Notes: a model not told the origin generated them from the letters alone. Counted from the stretch's first letter, positions 9,596 through 18,538 are shown. The stretch is 39,641 bases of DNA from an uncultured Pseudomonadales bacterium (GCA_964364145.1 CAYILC010000002.1:1-39641), one strand, 5' to 3'. Made by a program: numbers and translations.

Positions 9596-10504
9596 ATGAC
9601 TGATCCCGCTCTTATCCGTACCGTTTATCCCGGTGATTTGGGATATCCCTCGCTTTTAGAACCTCTAGACGATCGTCCAGCAAAACTTTCTTTCCGCGGT
9701 TCCGGCATCCAACCAAACGAAAGATGTATCGCGGTTGTTGGTACGCGCAGGATGACGGCGTACGGCAAGTCCGCGACAAAGAGTTTTGTGCGAGATCTTG
9801 TTTTAGCAGGTTTTACCATAGTTTCTGGATTGGCTGCTGGCGTAGATGGCCAAGCGCACCAAACAGCGCTGGATTTTGATGGAAAAACAGTTGCGGTGAT
9901 GCCCAGTGGGCTCGATGTGATTACGCCAATAGAACACACCAACCTTGCCACTACTATTATACGAGCCGGAGGCGCTATCTACTCCGAGTACGAGCCTCAA
10001 CAGCAAGCGGCTAAGTTTCACTTTCATGTTCGCAACCGCATCATTGCAGGAATAAGCATGGGCGTGCTTGTGATCGAAGCGGGGGAACGGTCTGGTACGG
10101 CAATCACGGTTGGTCATGCGGGCAGATATGGTCGATCAGTGTTTGCTGTGCCTGGGCCGTGGACCAATCCATATAGCGAAGGGACAAAAGCGATGGTGAA
10201 CATGGGGGCCAAGTTGGTCACAAATATTCAGGATATCCTTGAAGATTTGAACTTGAGTTTGAGCCCTGTTGACAACACAATCAACAACAGCAATAGTACC
10301 GGCAACGTTCGCCAATCTGCACTCCTTTTTGAAACCTCGGATGAAGAAAAAATATACAGAACGTTGGAAGACAACGGTGCAAGCTCTCTCAATGCAGTTT
10401 TACGCAATACACATCTTTCATTGCAAGCCGCGCAAGTAACACTCACCACGCTCGAATTGCGCGGGCTCATAGAACAGAAATTTGGAGAATATATGGTCGC
10501 GTAA
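9596..10504 (+). CDS. dprA: DNA processing/protecting protein DprA (Smf)
   Basis: VVGTRRMTAYG...IVSGLAAGVDGQAH...AGERSGT core with a C-terminal winged-helix-like tail. The dprA-topA adjacency is a common synteny. Confidence 0.9.
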   Translation: MTDPALIRTVYPGDLGYPSLLEPLDDRPAKLSFRGSGIQPNERCIAVVGTRRMTAYGKSATKSFVRDLVLAGFTIVSGLAAGVDGQAHQTALDFDGKTVAVMPSGLDVITPIEHTNLATTIIRAGGAIYSEYEPQQQAAKFHFHVRNRIIAGISMGVLVIEAGERSGTAITVGHAGRYGRSVFAVPGPWTNPYSEGTKAMVNMGAKLVTNIQDILEDLNLSLSPVDNTINNSNSTGNVRQSALLFETSDEEKIYRTLEDNGASSLNAVLRNTHLSLQAAQVTLTTLELRGLIEQKFGEYMVA

Positions 10505-10546
10505 TACATCATGGTTCCGCAGTTTTCTCCTGAAACGCAAAACTCG

Positions 10547-10557
10547 TGTGATACACT
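10547..10557 (+). promoter_or_regulatory. Extended -10 promoter TGTGaTACACT, 7 nt upstream of the topA ATG
   Basis: The identical 11-mer recurs 6 nt upstream of the nfo ATG (23974-23984). There is no SD before the ATG at 10565. Confidence 0.5.
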
Positions 10558-10564
10558 AGGCGCT

Positions 10565-12622
10565 ATGCAACTCGTCTTGGTAGAGTCTCCAACAAAGGCC
10601 CGCAAACTCTCGCAATTTCTCGGGAAAGAGTTCGTTGTGGAGGCGAGTATGGGACACGTGCGCGATCTTCCAAAGCATAAGTTGGGCGTGGATGTTGACC
10701 ACAATTTTGAGCCGGAATACGAACTTTCCGAGGGCAAAAAACTTGTGGTAGCAAAGCTCAAAAAACTCGCACTTTCAGCCGATCGAATTATTTTGGCAAC
10801 AGATCCCGACCGTGAAGGTGAGGCCATTGCCTGGCATCTTTCTGCGTTGTTGAAACCCGCAAAACTGCCAAAAGGAAAAGGAAAAAAATCTATTGAGTTT
10901 GTGCGCTCAACGTTCCATGAAATTACCAAGGATGCGGTGCAACATGCAATCAACAACCCTGGAACGTTAAGTCTGGAGTTATTTGACGCACAGCAAGCCC
11001 GTCGCATATTAGATCGATTAGTCGGGTATTACTTGTCTCCGGTGCTTTGGAAAAAGGTGCGTCGAGGGTTGTCTGCCGGTCGCGTACAGTCTGTAGCGTT
11101 GCGCCTTATCGTCGAAAGAGAAAAAGAGATTAGAGCGTTTGTCCCTATAGCCTACTGGGAAGTCGACTCCTTCGTGAAGACAGAAAAGGGTGAAGAATTT
11201 GCACTTCGACTAACAGAAGAAAATAGCAAACCTTTTGAACCGAGTAGACAAGAAGAGGTAGATGAGGTTGTCGAAAAATTAAACACGGCAACGTATCATG
11301 TGAGCTCGATCGAGAAAACACAGCGTACGCGTGTAAGCTTGCCGCCGTTTACAACCTCAACTCTCCAGCAAACCGCATCGAATCGTTTAGGATGGAGCGC
11401 AAAGCAAACCATGATGATTGCTCAACAACTCTATGAAGAAGGGTATATTACATATCATCGAACCGATTCTGTTGCACTCTCTTCACAAGCAGTCGAGATG
11501 GCTCGCGCATACATTCCAGTCAATTTTGGAAAAAACTATTTGCCCGAAACACCAAGATTTTTCAAGACATTGAGTAAAAATGCACAGGAAGCGCACGAGG
11601 CTGTTCGTCCTACCAATGTGTCCGTACAAGACCCGAAAGAAAGTGTGGGCGAGTTGGCAGATAAACACAAAAAACTGTATAACCTTATTTGGCGGCGATT
11701 TCTAGCAAGTCAAATGGCTTCAGCGGTGTATGATCAAACCACAATTGTGACCGAGACTAAAGCCGAGGTTAAAGAAGATGCAAAACACGCAAGCGATACC
11801 TATGCGTTAAAAACTTCCGGTTCTATTCTTAAGTTCGATGGCTGGATGAAGTTGTTTCCAAATCAGGGTGACGTGATTTTGCCAGATGTACACGAAAAAC
11901 AACCGCTCAACCTCGATCATGTCGAAGCAATCCAAAAGTTTACCCAACCGCCAGCGCGATACAACGATGCCTCGCTCATTAAAACGTTGGAGAAATTGGG
12001 CATTGGTCGCCCAAGTACATATGCCTCGATCATCAGCGTCATTCTAGATCGCGGATATGTTGAACGTAAAGACAGGGCATTTATTGCATCGGCGATTGGC
12101 GAAACGGTTGCGGATTTTCTCGTCAAGCATTTTCCGAAAGAACTCGATTATCAATTTACTGCCGAAATGGAAGACAACTTGGATGCTATTGCCCGCGGAG
12201 AGAAGAAATGGCGGGTTGTACTCAAAACATTTTTCACTCCGTTTGAAAAAACAGTACAAGAGGTGACCAAGGATGCGGATCGAGCGAAAATTCCGGTGGA
12301 GGACACAGGCGAAATGTGCCCGGACTGCAAAGAAGGAAAGTTGGTGATTCGCTCTGGCAAATTTGGCAAGTTTATTAGTTGTTCGCGTTTTCCAGACTGC
12401 AAATACACCGCAAAACTTGTAGAAAAAGTTGAGGGAATGAACTGCCCGGACTGCAAAGAGGGTGATGTGATTATGAAGCGCACCAAGCGCGGACGTATGT
12501 TTTTTGGGTGTTCTCGATATCCTGCCTGTACCTTTGCGAGTTGGAAGAAGCCTGAGGTAGCGGGGGTGATGCTAGTGGAGTTACGGGTGTATAGCGGAGA
12601 GCAAAAATTTCCACTCGAGTAA
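10565..12622 (+). CDS. topA: DNA topoisomerase I
   Basis: Toprim region MQLVLVESPTKARKL...DPDREGEAI, active-site region GYITYHRTDS, and two C-terminal C4 zinc ribbons (CPDCKEG...C..FPDC, CPDCKEG...CSRYPAC). The start at 10565 is preferred over the track start at 10511. Confidence 0.95.
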   Translation: MQLVLVESPTKARKLSQFLGKEFVVEASMGHVRDLPKHKLGVDVDHNFEPEYELSEGKKLVVAKLKKLALSADRIILATDPDREGEAIAWHLSALLKPAKLPKGKGKKSIEFVRSTFHEITKDAVQHAINNPGTLSLELFDAQQARRILDRLVGYYLSPVLWKKVRRGLSAGRVQSVALRLIVEREKEIRAFVPIAYWEVDSFVKTEKGEEFALRLTEENSKPFEPSRQEEVDEVVEKLNTATYHVSSIEKTQRTRVSLPPFTTSTLQQTASNRLGWSAKQTMMIAQQLYEEGYITYHRTDSVALSSQAVEMARAYIPVNFGKNYLPETPRFFKTLSKNAQEAHEAVRPTNVSVQDPKESVGELADKHKKLYNLIWRRFLASQMASAVYDQTTIVTETKAEVKEDAKHASDTYALKTSGSILKFDGWMKLFPNQGDVILPDVHEKQPLNLDHVEAIQKFTQPPARYNDASLIKTLEKLGIGRPSTYASIISVILDRGYVERKDRAFIASAIGETVADFLVKHFPKELDYQFTAEMEDNLDAIARGEKKWRVVLKTFFTPFEKTVQEVTKDADRAKIPVEDTGEMCPDCKEGKLVIRSGKFGKFISCSRFPDCKYTAKLVEKVEGMNCPDCKEGDVIMKRTKRGRMFFGCSRYPACTFASWKKPEVAGVMLVELRVYSGEQKFPLE

Positions 12623-12668
12623 ATTGTCTCAAGCATTGGTATGACCCCACTTGGACTCGGACTACGAC

Positions 12669-12674
12669 TATAAT
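12669..12674 (+). promoter_or_regulatory. Consensus -10 hexamer TATAAT, 6 nt upstream of the kinase ATG
   Basis: The sequence is gacTATAATatagtaATG, with no SD. Confidence 0.45.
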
Positions 12675-12680
12675 ATAGTA

Positions 12681-13547
12681 ATGAACTCTCATTCACCTGC
12701 TGAGGTCAATAATATTCCACAAATTCTATCCTTTTTCGGTCTCGAAACGGTTGTAAAAGTGGTTCCTATTACCGATGGACTTGGAAATCATAGTTATATT
12801 GTAAAAACTTCCCAAGGTGAGTTTGTTATTAAATTTCTTGTGACGCAAAAGCCGGTGGGCATTGAAAACGATCTTGCAGTCCAGAAACAGCTACTTCAAA
12901 TACATGTAAACACCCCGACATATCTTTCAAACAAAGTGAATGAATACATCTATACGGAAGACAATCAACAAGCTGTTGTTTCAAAAAAGATGAGCGGAAT
13001 TACTCCTAGGTATGCAAGTAAGGGTCTTGCATATTCAATTGGAAGAACACTTGCATTGTTTCACAAATGCATAATTACATTACCACATCCGCTCAAGGGG
13101 TGGATGAGTCCTGATATGTTTGGCATGCATACCAAAGAAGCAAAACTCTTGTTTGGGAGAAACCTACCTCAGGGTATAACACATGGTGATATGCATTTGG
13201 GAAATATTCTTGTTGATCCAAAAAAACCAGATATAGTACATGCAATCTTCGATTTTGAAGAGGTGGGAGAGGATGTACTTCTTGTTGACCTTGCTCGATC
13301 TATTATGGGAGTTTGCTACTCAAAGGATGAAGAGAGTTTGATGCCAGAGCTTATACAAGCAGAGATTCAAGGATATGAGTCTGTAAGAAAATTATCGGAT
13401 GATGAAAAAACGCTTTTACCACAAGCCGTTGCATATGCCGCCGATGTCTGCATCAAGTGGTTTGTCGATCATAAATATGAGAAATACGTGGAACAACATC
13501 GCAAACGCGCAAAGAGTTTTGATAAATTTTCTTTGCTGAAAAAATGA
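12681..13547 (+). CDS. APH/choline-kinase-fold phosphotransferase (homoserine kinase type II-like)
   Basis: Brenner-type catalytic loop HGDMHLGNILVD and a metal-binding FDFEEVG motif. The substrate cannot be inferred. Confidence 0.7.
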   Translation: MNSHSPAEVNNIPQILSFFGLETVVKVVPITDGLGNHSYIVKTSQGEFVIKFLVTQKPVGIENDLAVQKQLLQIHVNTPTYLSNKVNEYIYTEDNQQAVVSKKMSGITPRYASKGLAYSIGRTLALFHKCIITLPHPLKGWMSPDMFGMHTKEAKLLFGRNLPQGITHGDMHLGNILVDPKKPDIVHAIFDFEEVGEDVLLVDLARSIMGVCYSKDEESLMPELIQAEIQGYESVRKLSDDEKTLLPQAVAYAADVCIKWFVDHKYEKYVEQHRKRAKSFDKFSLLKK

Positions 13548-13735
13548 AGAGGGTTTAAACACCTCAAGGATAATATTCGGTATAGGAAGTCGTTAGGTGA
13601 GTAAATGGGGGGACTTGGAATAAAAACTCTCAACGAACTCTCTCGTCCGAGTACTACTCGCTACGGGGAACATTTATCCTATAACTATTAATGAACTGGT
13701 CTTGAAATATCGCAATATTGTTATATTATCATCAT

Positions 13736-14008
13736 ATGAACTGGAAAACACACAAAAAACTATTACTAAAAAACTCTGAGTTTAAAAAAGCCCTCAAGGA
13801 AACTGAACTTGAGTATTCTATTGCGAGATCCATCATCGAAGCAAGAACACGAAAAGGTATAACGCAGAAAAAATTGGCGATGAAACTGCATACAAAACAA
13901 TCAGTCATTTCTAGAATTGAACACGCAAAAACAACGCCGTCTTTATCATTCCTTAAAAGAATAGCAAAGACATTTAAAACACCTCTTCGTGTTGAGTTTG
14001 GGCCATAA
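13736..14008 (+). CDS. XRE-family helix-turn-helix protein (antitoxin-like)
   Basis: HTH region GITQKKLAMKLHTKQSVISRIE. The 90-aa size and layout resemble HigA/Gp48-type antitoxins, but no toxin ORF is adjacent. Confidence 0.7.
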   Translation: MNWKTHKKLLLKNSEFKKALKETELEYSIARSIIEARTRKGITQKKLAMKLHTKQSVISRIEHAKTTPSLSFLKRIAKTFKTPLRVEFGP

Positions 14009-14041
14009 AAGTGATTTTTAACGAAGCAACTCTTAGTAATT

Positions 14042-14052
14042 TGTGTTAGCAT
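14042..14052 (+). promoter_or_regulatory. Extended -10 promoter TGTGtTAGCAT, 6 nt upstream of the dcd ATG
   Basis: The sequence is TGTGtTAGCATatcggcATG, with no SD. Confidence 0.45.
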
Positions 14053-14058
14053 ATCGGC

Positions 14059-14613
14059 ATGGTTCTTTCTGACAAAGACATCCGCAAGTACATAGCGCAA
14101 AAGAAAATTGTGGTGGAGCCGCTTCATGATGAACACATTCGGCCGGCCGCGATCGATCTTACCCTTCACCAAAATTTCCGCGTATTTCGCAACAACGCGC
14201 ACACGCATATCGATGTAAAAAAAGAGTTTGACGTCACTGAGCTAGTGAAAGCGAAAGAAGATGGCTCGATCATTATTCACCCCCGCGAGTTTATTTTAGG
14301 CTCAACGCAGGAAATCATTACATTGTCTTCCGATCTCATTGGATTATTGGAAGGTCGATCATCGCTTGGGCGCATTGGACTTATCGTGCACGCAACCGCG
14401 AGTTTTGTTCAGCCGGGATTTTCCGGCTATTTGACGTTTGAGATGAGCAATATCAGCAATCTGCCGATCAAGATTTACGCCGGCATGCGTGTTGCACAAC
14501 TTGCATTTTTGCAGATGAGCTCGCCGGTTGAGATTGACTACTCAAAACTGAGTAATAAGTATCAGGACCAGGAGCCGCCAACAGCCTCGAAGATTTGGAA
14601 GGATTTTGAGTAG
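14059..14613 (+). CDS. dcd: dCTP deaminase (dUTPase-fold; possibly bifunctional dCTP deaminase/dUTPase)
   Basis: MVLSDKDIRKYI..., GRSSLGRIGL and the TFEMSN region are typical of the Dcd family. Whether it is mono- or bifunctional cannot be decided by eye. Confidence 0.88.
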   Translation: MVLSDKDIRKYIAQKKIVVEPLHDEHIRPAAIDLTLHQNFRVFRNNAHTHIDVKKEFDVTELVKAKEDGSIIIHPREFILGSTQEIITLSSDLIGLLEGRSSLGRIGLIVHATASFVQPGFSGYLTFEMSNISNLPIKIYAGMRVAQLAFLQMSSPVEIDYSKLSNKYQDQEPPTASKIWKDFE

Positions 14614-14645
14614 GGTGTACAATACACAGTCAAAGAGGAGGAAGT

Positions 14646-14897
14646 ATGGCAAAGATCAAATGGGGCGAAGGTTATCAATATTATGTTGAAGCATTGGACG
14701 GTAGCGTGCTCATTATGGATCTTCTGAAGAGAGAAGGGGTGTTGCCTGGGGAAGTATTACGTTTAGTAATAAAAGGGTTTTCCGGTAAAGAAAACACTGA
14801 TGTGTTATATAAGAGAGAAGGCGAAAGCAGTTTTTCTGCGAGTAATTATCACCAACCGAATACAAACACATCTTCAAGCGCTGCTAAAACTGCTTGA
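14646..14897 (+). CDS. Hypothetical small protein (83 aa)
   Basis: Strong SD AGAGGAGGAAGT immediately upstream, and a TACAAT hexamer at 14618-14623. I recognise no family. The tail is Ser/Thr/Asn-rich. Confidence 0.5.
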   Translation: MAKIKWGEGYQYYVEALDGSVLIMDLLKREGVLPGEVLRLVIKGFSGKENTDVLYKREGESSFSASNYHQPNTNTSSSAAKTA

Positions 14898-14929
14898 TCA
14901 TTCTTACATCTTCCAGTATGCTCTAGCCT

Positions 14930-15097
14930 ATGCTAAAAGCAAAACGCAAAAGAACATTAGTGCCTAGAAAACAACATTTCTCATTTTGGGATATACCAAA
15001 AATAGTTCATTCCTCTGTGAGATTAACAGATTCACAACTTCGTAAAACTAGAGATTCTTTCGAGACAGAATGGGCTAGACATATAAGAATATTGTGA
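14930..15097 (+). CDS. Possible small basic protein (55 aa), below the ORF-track threshold
   Basis: My translation is MLKAKRKRTLVPRKQHFSFWDIPKIVHSSVRLTDSQLRKTRDSFETEWARHIRIL. It fills an otherwise empty 209-nt gap between orf83 and the thyA-like gene. There is no clear SD. Confidence 0.2.
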   Translation: MLKAKRKRTLVPRKQHFSFWDIPKIVHSSVRLTDSQLRKTRDSFETEWARHIRIL

Positions 15098-15106
15098 AAT
15101 ATTGGC

Positions 15107-16741
15107 ATGCAAAAAACCAAAATGACAAAAATAACTAAACAGAAAAAACAATCGTTGTCAAAGAACGCCATCGACCTTTCCCACTGGCCCATCCTCTATA
15201 AAGACATTCTCAAGGTTAAAAATCCTCGCCATCACGTGGCGGTGTGTTGCTTGTGGACCGAGCGCCAAGTCATCGAAACACTGCTCAAAAACATCGAGTA
15301 CAACACCATTGGAAATCTCTACAGCGCACAAGGTATCAACTCCATGATGCGCAATATCTTTGCCAACCCTCACATTCGCGTGATTGTCATTTGGGGCGCA
15401 GAAATGTCGCTCTCTGGCCATTCATTACTCATGTTCAAACAAAAAGGCGTGGATAAAGAAAATCGGAAGATTATTGCGGCGCGCGGTGAGATCGAAAAAG
15501 AAATTCCTGATGACATCATTGAGGAGTTTCGAAAGGTGGTTGAGGTTGTCGATATGCGTGGACGAACGGCAGTAGATCTTGTTGCGAAGGTGAAAGAAAT
15601 GTCCAGCAAACACATGGAGCCATTTTCAGCCAAGACCCGCACCTTCCCGCAGGCCGAAGTCACAGTGCGCACCATGCCATCCGAGCAGGTTGGATTCCGC
15701 GTTTCTGCTCCAACCGTCGCAAAAACTTGGCTAAAGTTGCTCAATGAAATTCAAAAATACGGCCGACCCAAACACACGCGATACAGCAAAGACAACTCGC
15801 TCAAAGAGATCTTGAACTTAACCGCGGTCATCACCGATGAGGATCCAGAAAACATTTATTTCCCAGAATATTTGCCGTTTACGCGTGTAGAGTTGGAGGC
15901 GTATTATGCCGAGATGCTCACGGCTCGCCAAATTCCTGGTGTTGCGTATAACTATGGCAAACGCATGCGTGTAGACTTGGGCGTGGATCAAATTGCCGCG
16001 ATGAAAAATCTGTTGAAAAATCGTCCCGACAGTAAAAAGATGATAGCGACCACCATGAATCCGAAACTTGACTGGAATCAAGTCAACAAAGGGGATACGC
16101 CGTGTTTGGTTATGGTGTTGGGCTCGGTGCAGGACAACAAGTTTTTCTTTACCGCGCACTTTCGATCGCAGGATATGGTGCATGGATGGCCGCGAAACAC
16201 TTTTGCACTGCGCAAGCTGCAAAAGGATATTGCCGACTCTGCCGGCCTGCAAATGGGACCACTAACTATGATCACGCACTCTGCACACATGTACGCCGAT
16301 GATTTTGGTCTTGTGGATAATCTGTTAATGCAACACTATGAACCTGAGCTAGGTTACTCTCCTGCTGTTCACTTCACCTTTGAACCTCGAGGGAATGTGG
16401 TGGTCGAGGTGATTCCAGAAAAAGAGGCCTACGTGTGGCCGATGTTTTCGGAAAAATACAAAGAACAATCGGTGCCGTATGCCGTGGCAAAAACATTGCC
16501 GCTGATGCCAAAAAATCCGCAGTCTCAAGCGGAAAAACTTATTCGCGCCACGCTGTTTGAACCAAATGGTGGGCCAGCAATGAAAGTATTTGAAGGACGA
16601 ACCGCACAAGAAGTCGCATGGCAAATCACAGACTGGAACTATTTATCTGAACCTGGTCACATCATGTATATTGGACTGGAACTGCAAAAAGCAGAGGAGT
16701 CGATTCGAAAAGGGAAGTCGTATAATCAGGATCCGGCGTAA
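15107..16741 (+). CDS. Thymidylate synthase (ThyA-fold) fused to an N-terminal MtrA-like domain and a C-terminal DUF4346-like domain
   Basis: The central region carries ThyA motifs: GVAYNYGKRMR, VDQI, NRPDSKKMIATTMNP, TPC(333)LVM, FRSQD..GWPRN(364) and HSAHMY. The N-terminus (VAVCCLW...NPHIRVIVIWGAEMSLSGHSLL...KGVD...IIAARGEI...VVEVVDMRG) looks like the soluble domain of tetrahydromethanopterin S-methyltransferase subunit A. The C-terminus ends with EPGHIMYIGLELQKAEESIRKGKSYNQD. Confidence 0.8.
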   Translation: MQKTKMTKITKQKKQSLSKNAIDLSHWPILYKDILKVKNPRHHVAVCCLWTERQVIETLLKNIEYNTIGNLYSAQGINSMMRNIFANPHIRVIVIWGAEMSLSGHSLLMFKQKGVDKENRKIIAARGEIEKEIPDDIIEEFRKVVEVVDMRGRTAVDLVAKVKEMSSKHMEPFSAKTRTFPQAEVTVRTMPSEQVGFRVSAPTVAKTWLKLLNEIQKYGRPKHTRYSKDNSLKEILNLTAVITDEDPENIYFPEYLPFTRVELEAYYAEMLTARQIPGVAYNYGKRMRVDLGVDQIAAMKNLLKNRPDSKKMIATTMNPKLDWNQVNKGDTPCLVMVLGSVQDNKFFFTAHFRSQDMVHGWPRNTFALRKLQKDIADSAGLQMGPLTMITHSAHMYADDFGLVDNLLMQHYEPELGYSPAVHFTFEPRGNVVVEVIPEKEAYVWPMFSEKYKEQSVPYAVAKTLPLMPKNPQSQAEKLIRATLFEPNGGPAMKVFEGRTAQEVAWQITDWNYLSEPGHIMYIGLELQKAEESIRKGKSYNQDPA

Positions 16742-16799
16742 AAAAGAACTTTATAAATGTTCTCTGCCTCCTCAGTGCAACAATAAAACGATTTTCTCC

Positions 16800-16817
16800 A
16801 CCCTTCGGGTCTTTTTT
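16800..16817 (+). terminator. Weak intrinsic terminator candidate after the thyA-like gene
   Basis: ACCC-ttc-GGGT stem followed by cTTTTTTg. The stem is only 4 bp, so confidence is low. Confidence 0.25.
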
Positions 16818-16851
16818 GTCTTTACAGGATTTACATATTCGTTACACTGAA

Positions 16852-17841
16852 ATGTATCCAAAGTGGAAAACATCCACTTTTGATCCCAAGAAACTCTGGA
16901 ACAATCCAGAGAAACCAAGTGAACAAAAGGGGGTGTTGTTGTCTGCAGTTGATGTGTATTCTCCCAAAAATATTTTTTTGATCAACGACGATATTCGCGT
17001 AGCTGAACTTCAGGCATTTTGTGGAATTAAGGGGTGTTTGCGGGATCTATTAGGAGGGTGCAGTACAGTACAAGCAAACGCCAATGAAGTTAAAACTCCG
17101 GGTATTGACTATATGTTTCGTCGGAATGGTGGATTGCATGTGAGTGTGGAGTGTGAAAGGCATCCACAGTATCTGGAACCACTTTCATCTTCTGCTCCAG
17201 AGGCTGCTTTACATAAGGCTTGGCATCTTCACAACGAAACAGGTAAACCCTCTGCTGCTTCAGACATCTTTTTTTATATTCACAATGAGCAAACAGGCAA
17301 GTGGGAGGTTCAGCATAAACTTGAACGTTTAAAACGTGAGCTCACTTCACATGAACTCGAACAAGAAATACAAGAACAACACAAGTTTCTTGTAGAAGGG
17401 AAGCATAGAAGGAAAGCCTTTTGGCATCCCGCGTTGGCGCTGGTCAATGGCTCGTCTTCTGGAGTATCGGATTATGTATGTGTTGAGTTTGATCCGTTTA
17501 TAGAGGAAGAGTTTGAGGCGTTTATGATTGACGCGCTCAGTACAGGCAAGTTTATAAACTCAAATGCTAGAGGGAGATTGATAGAGTATATTATTGAGTT
17601 CAAAAAACTTCGCGCATATGCCAACATCCCGTATACTTTTATTGAAACACATACCGGGAATGGGAATAGAGTTGACGTGGGTAGGTGGATGCAAGAATGG
17701 CATATGCAAGATATAGATGCGATAAATATGCTTATATACCAGATCGTTCAAGCACTTCCACACGCTTTGCGATTGATGAGACATAAAAACTTTGCCAAAA
17801 CTGTGTTTAAGCGAAATGGTGCAGTAACTTTTGAAGTGTGA
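16852..17841 (+). CDS. Hypothetical protein (329 aa from ATG 16852; the track start TTG 16816 lies in the T-run of the putative terminator)
   Basis: Long uninterrupted ORF between the thyA-like gene and tmk, with its stop 13 nt before the tmk GTG. I recognise no family and see no TM segments. Confidence 0.55.
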   Translation: MYPKWKTSTFDPKKLWNNPEKPSEQKGVLLSAVDVYSPKNIFLINDDIRVAELQAFCGIKGCLRDLLGGCSTVQANANEVKTPGIDYMFRRNGGLHVSVECERHPQYLEPLSSSAPEAALHKAWHLHNETGKPSAASDIFFYIHNEQTGKWEVQHKLERLKRELTSHELEQEIQEQHKFLVEGKHRRKAFWHPALALVNGSSSGVSDYVCVEFDPFIEEEFEAFMIDALSTGKFINSNARGRLIEYIIEFKKLRAYANIPYTFIETHTGNGNRVDVGRWMQEWHMQDIDAINMLIYQIVQALPHALRLMRHKNFAKTVFKRNGAVTFEV

Positions 17842-17854
17842 TATAAGGAATGTT

Positions 17855-18484
17855 GTGCAAAAAGGTTACTTAATTTCATTTGAAGGCGGCGAGGGAGCAG
17901 GGAAGACCGTTCAGATTAAGCGTCTTCGCGATACATTAACAGAACGAGGTTTTGACGTGGTGATTGTACGCGAACCGGGCGGAACCGTAATCTCGGAGCA
18001 GATCCGCGAAGTAGTGTTATCGGCAAAAAACATCGGCATTGCATACACTACCGAGGTTTTACTGTTTCAAGCGGCGCGCGCGCAACTGTATCGCGAGTTG
18101 GTTCTCCCAAGTCTTGAGGCACAGAAGATCGTCCTGATGGATCGTACCCGTGACTCCTCTATAATCTACCAAGGCATAGTGCGCCAATTTGGCGTGGACA
18201 CTATTGAAAAACTCAACAATATTTCAACTAAAGACACCTACCCCGACCTCACCTTTTTACTCGACATTCCAGTAGAGATTGGACTTGCACGGCGGTCCCA
18301 AACCGAAAAGATGGATAGACTTGATATGGAAACAAAAGATTTTCACCAAAAAGTACGCAATGCATATCTTGAGGTGGCGAAGAAGAATGATCATCATCGA
18401 TGGGCAGTTATAGATGCCTCGAAATCAATCGACAAAATAGCAGAAAATATTTGGAACATAGTCGAGAAAAAACTGAAACAGTGA
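17855..18484 (+). CDS. tmk: Thymidylate kinase (dTMP kinase)
   Basis: GYLISFEGGEGAGKT P-loop, REPGGT, and a DR..S motif (MDRTRDSSIIYQG). I chose the GTG at 17855, which follows an AAGGAA SD; the alternative is the TTG at 17831. Confidence 0.9.
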   Translation: MQKGYLISFEGGEGAGKTVQIKRLRDTLTERGFDVVIVREPGGTVISEQIREVVLSAKNIGIAYTTEVLLFQAARAQLYRELVLPSLEAQKIVLMDRTRDSSIIYQGIVRQFGVDTIEKLNNISTKDTYPDLTFLLDIPVEIGLARRSQTEKMDRLDMETKDFHQKVRNAYLEVAKKNDHHRWAVIDASKSIDKIAENIWNIVEKKLKQ

Positions 18485-18509
18485 AATACCTCTGGATACA
18501 GTATTGGTG

Positions 18510-18538
18510 TTGAACCTTTTATTTTCTTCGTGCATAAT
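18510..18538 (+). promoter_or_regulatory. Promoter TTGAAC-17 nt-CATAAT upstream of pyrH
   Basis: The -35 lies at 18510-18515 and the -10 at 18533-18538, preceded by TG. The 13-mer TCGTGCATAATAC (18528-18540) is identical to the one upstream of the sucC-like gene (38554-38566). Confidence 0.5.

Noticed and set aside
10228-11007. 259-aa minus-strand ORF antisense to topA, and similar long antisense or out-of-frame track ORFs (12151..12696, 22770..23408, 23690..24313, 6322..6747, 13732..14208, 5549..5917)
   Set aside because: They lie entirely inside strongly supported genes on the other strand or in another frame. Their composition is low-complexity or Cys/Arg/Ser-rich, typical of shadow ORFs, and they carry no recognisable motifs.
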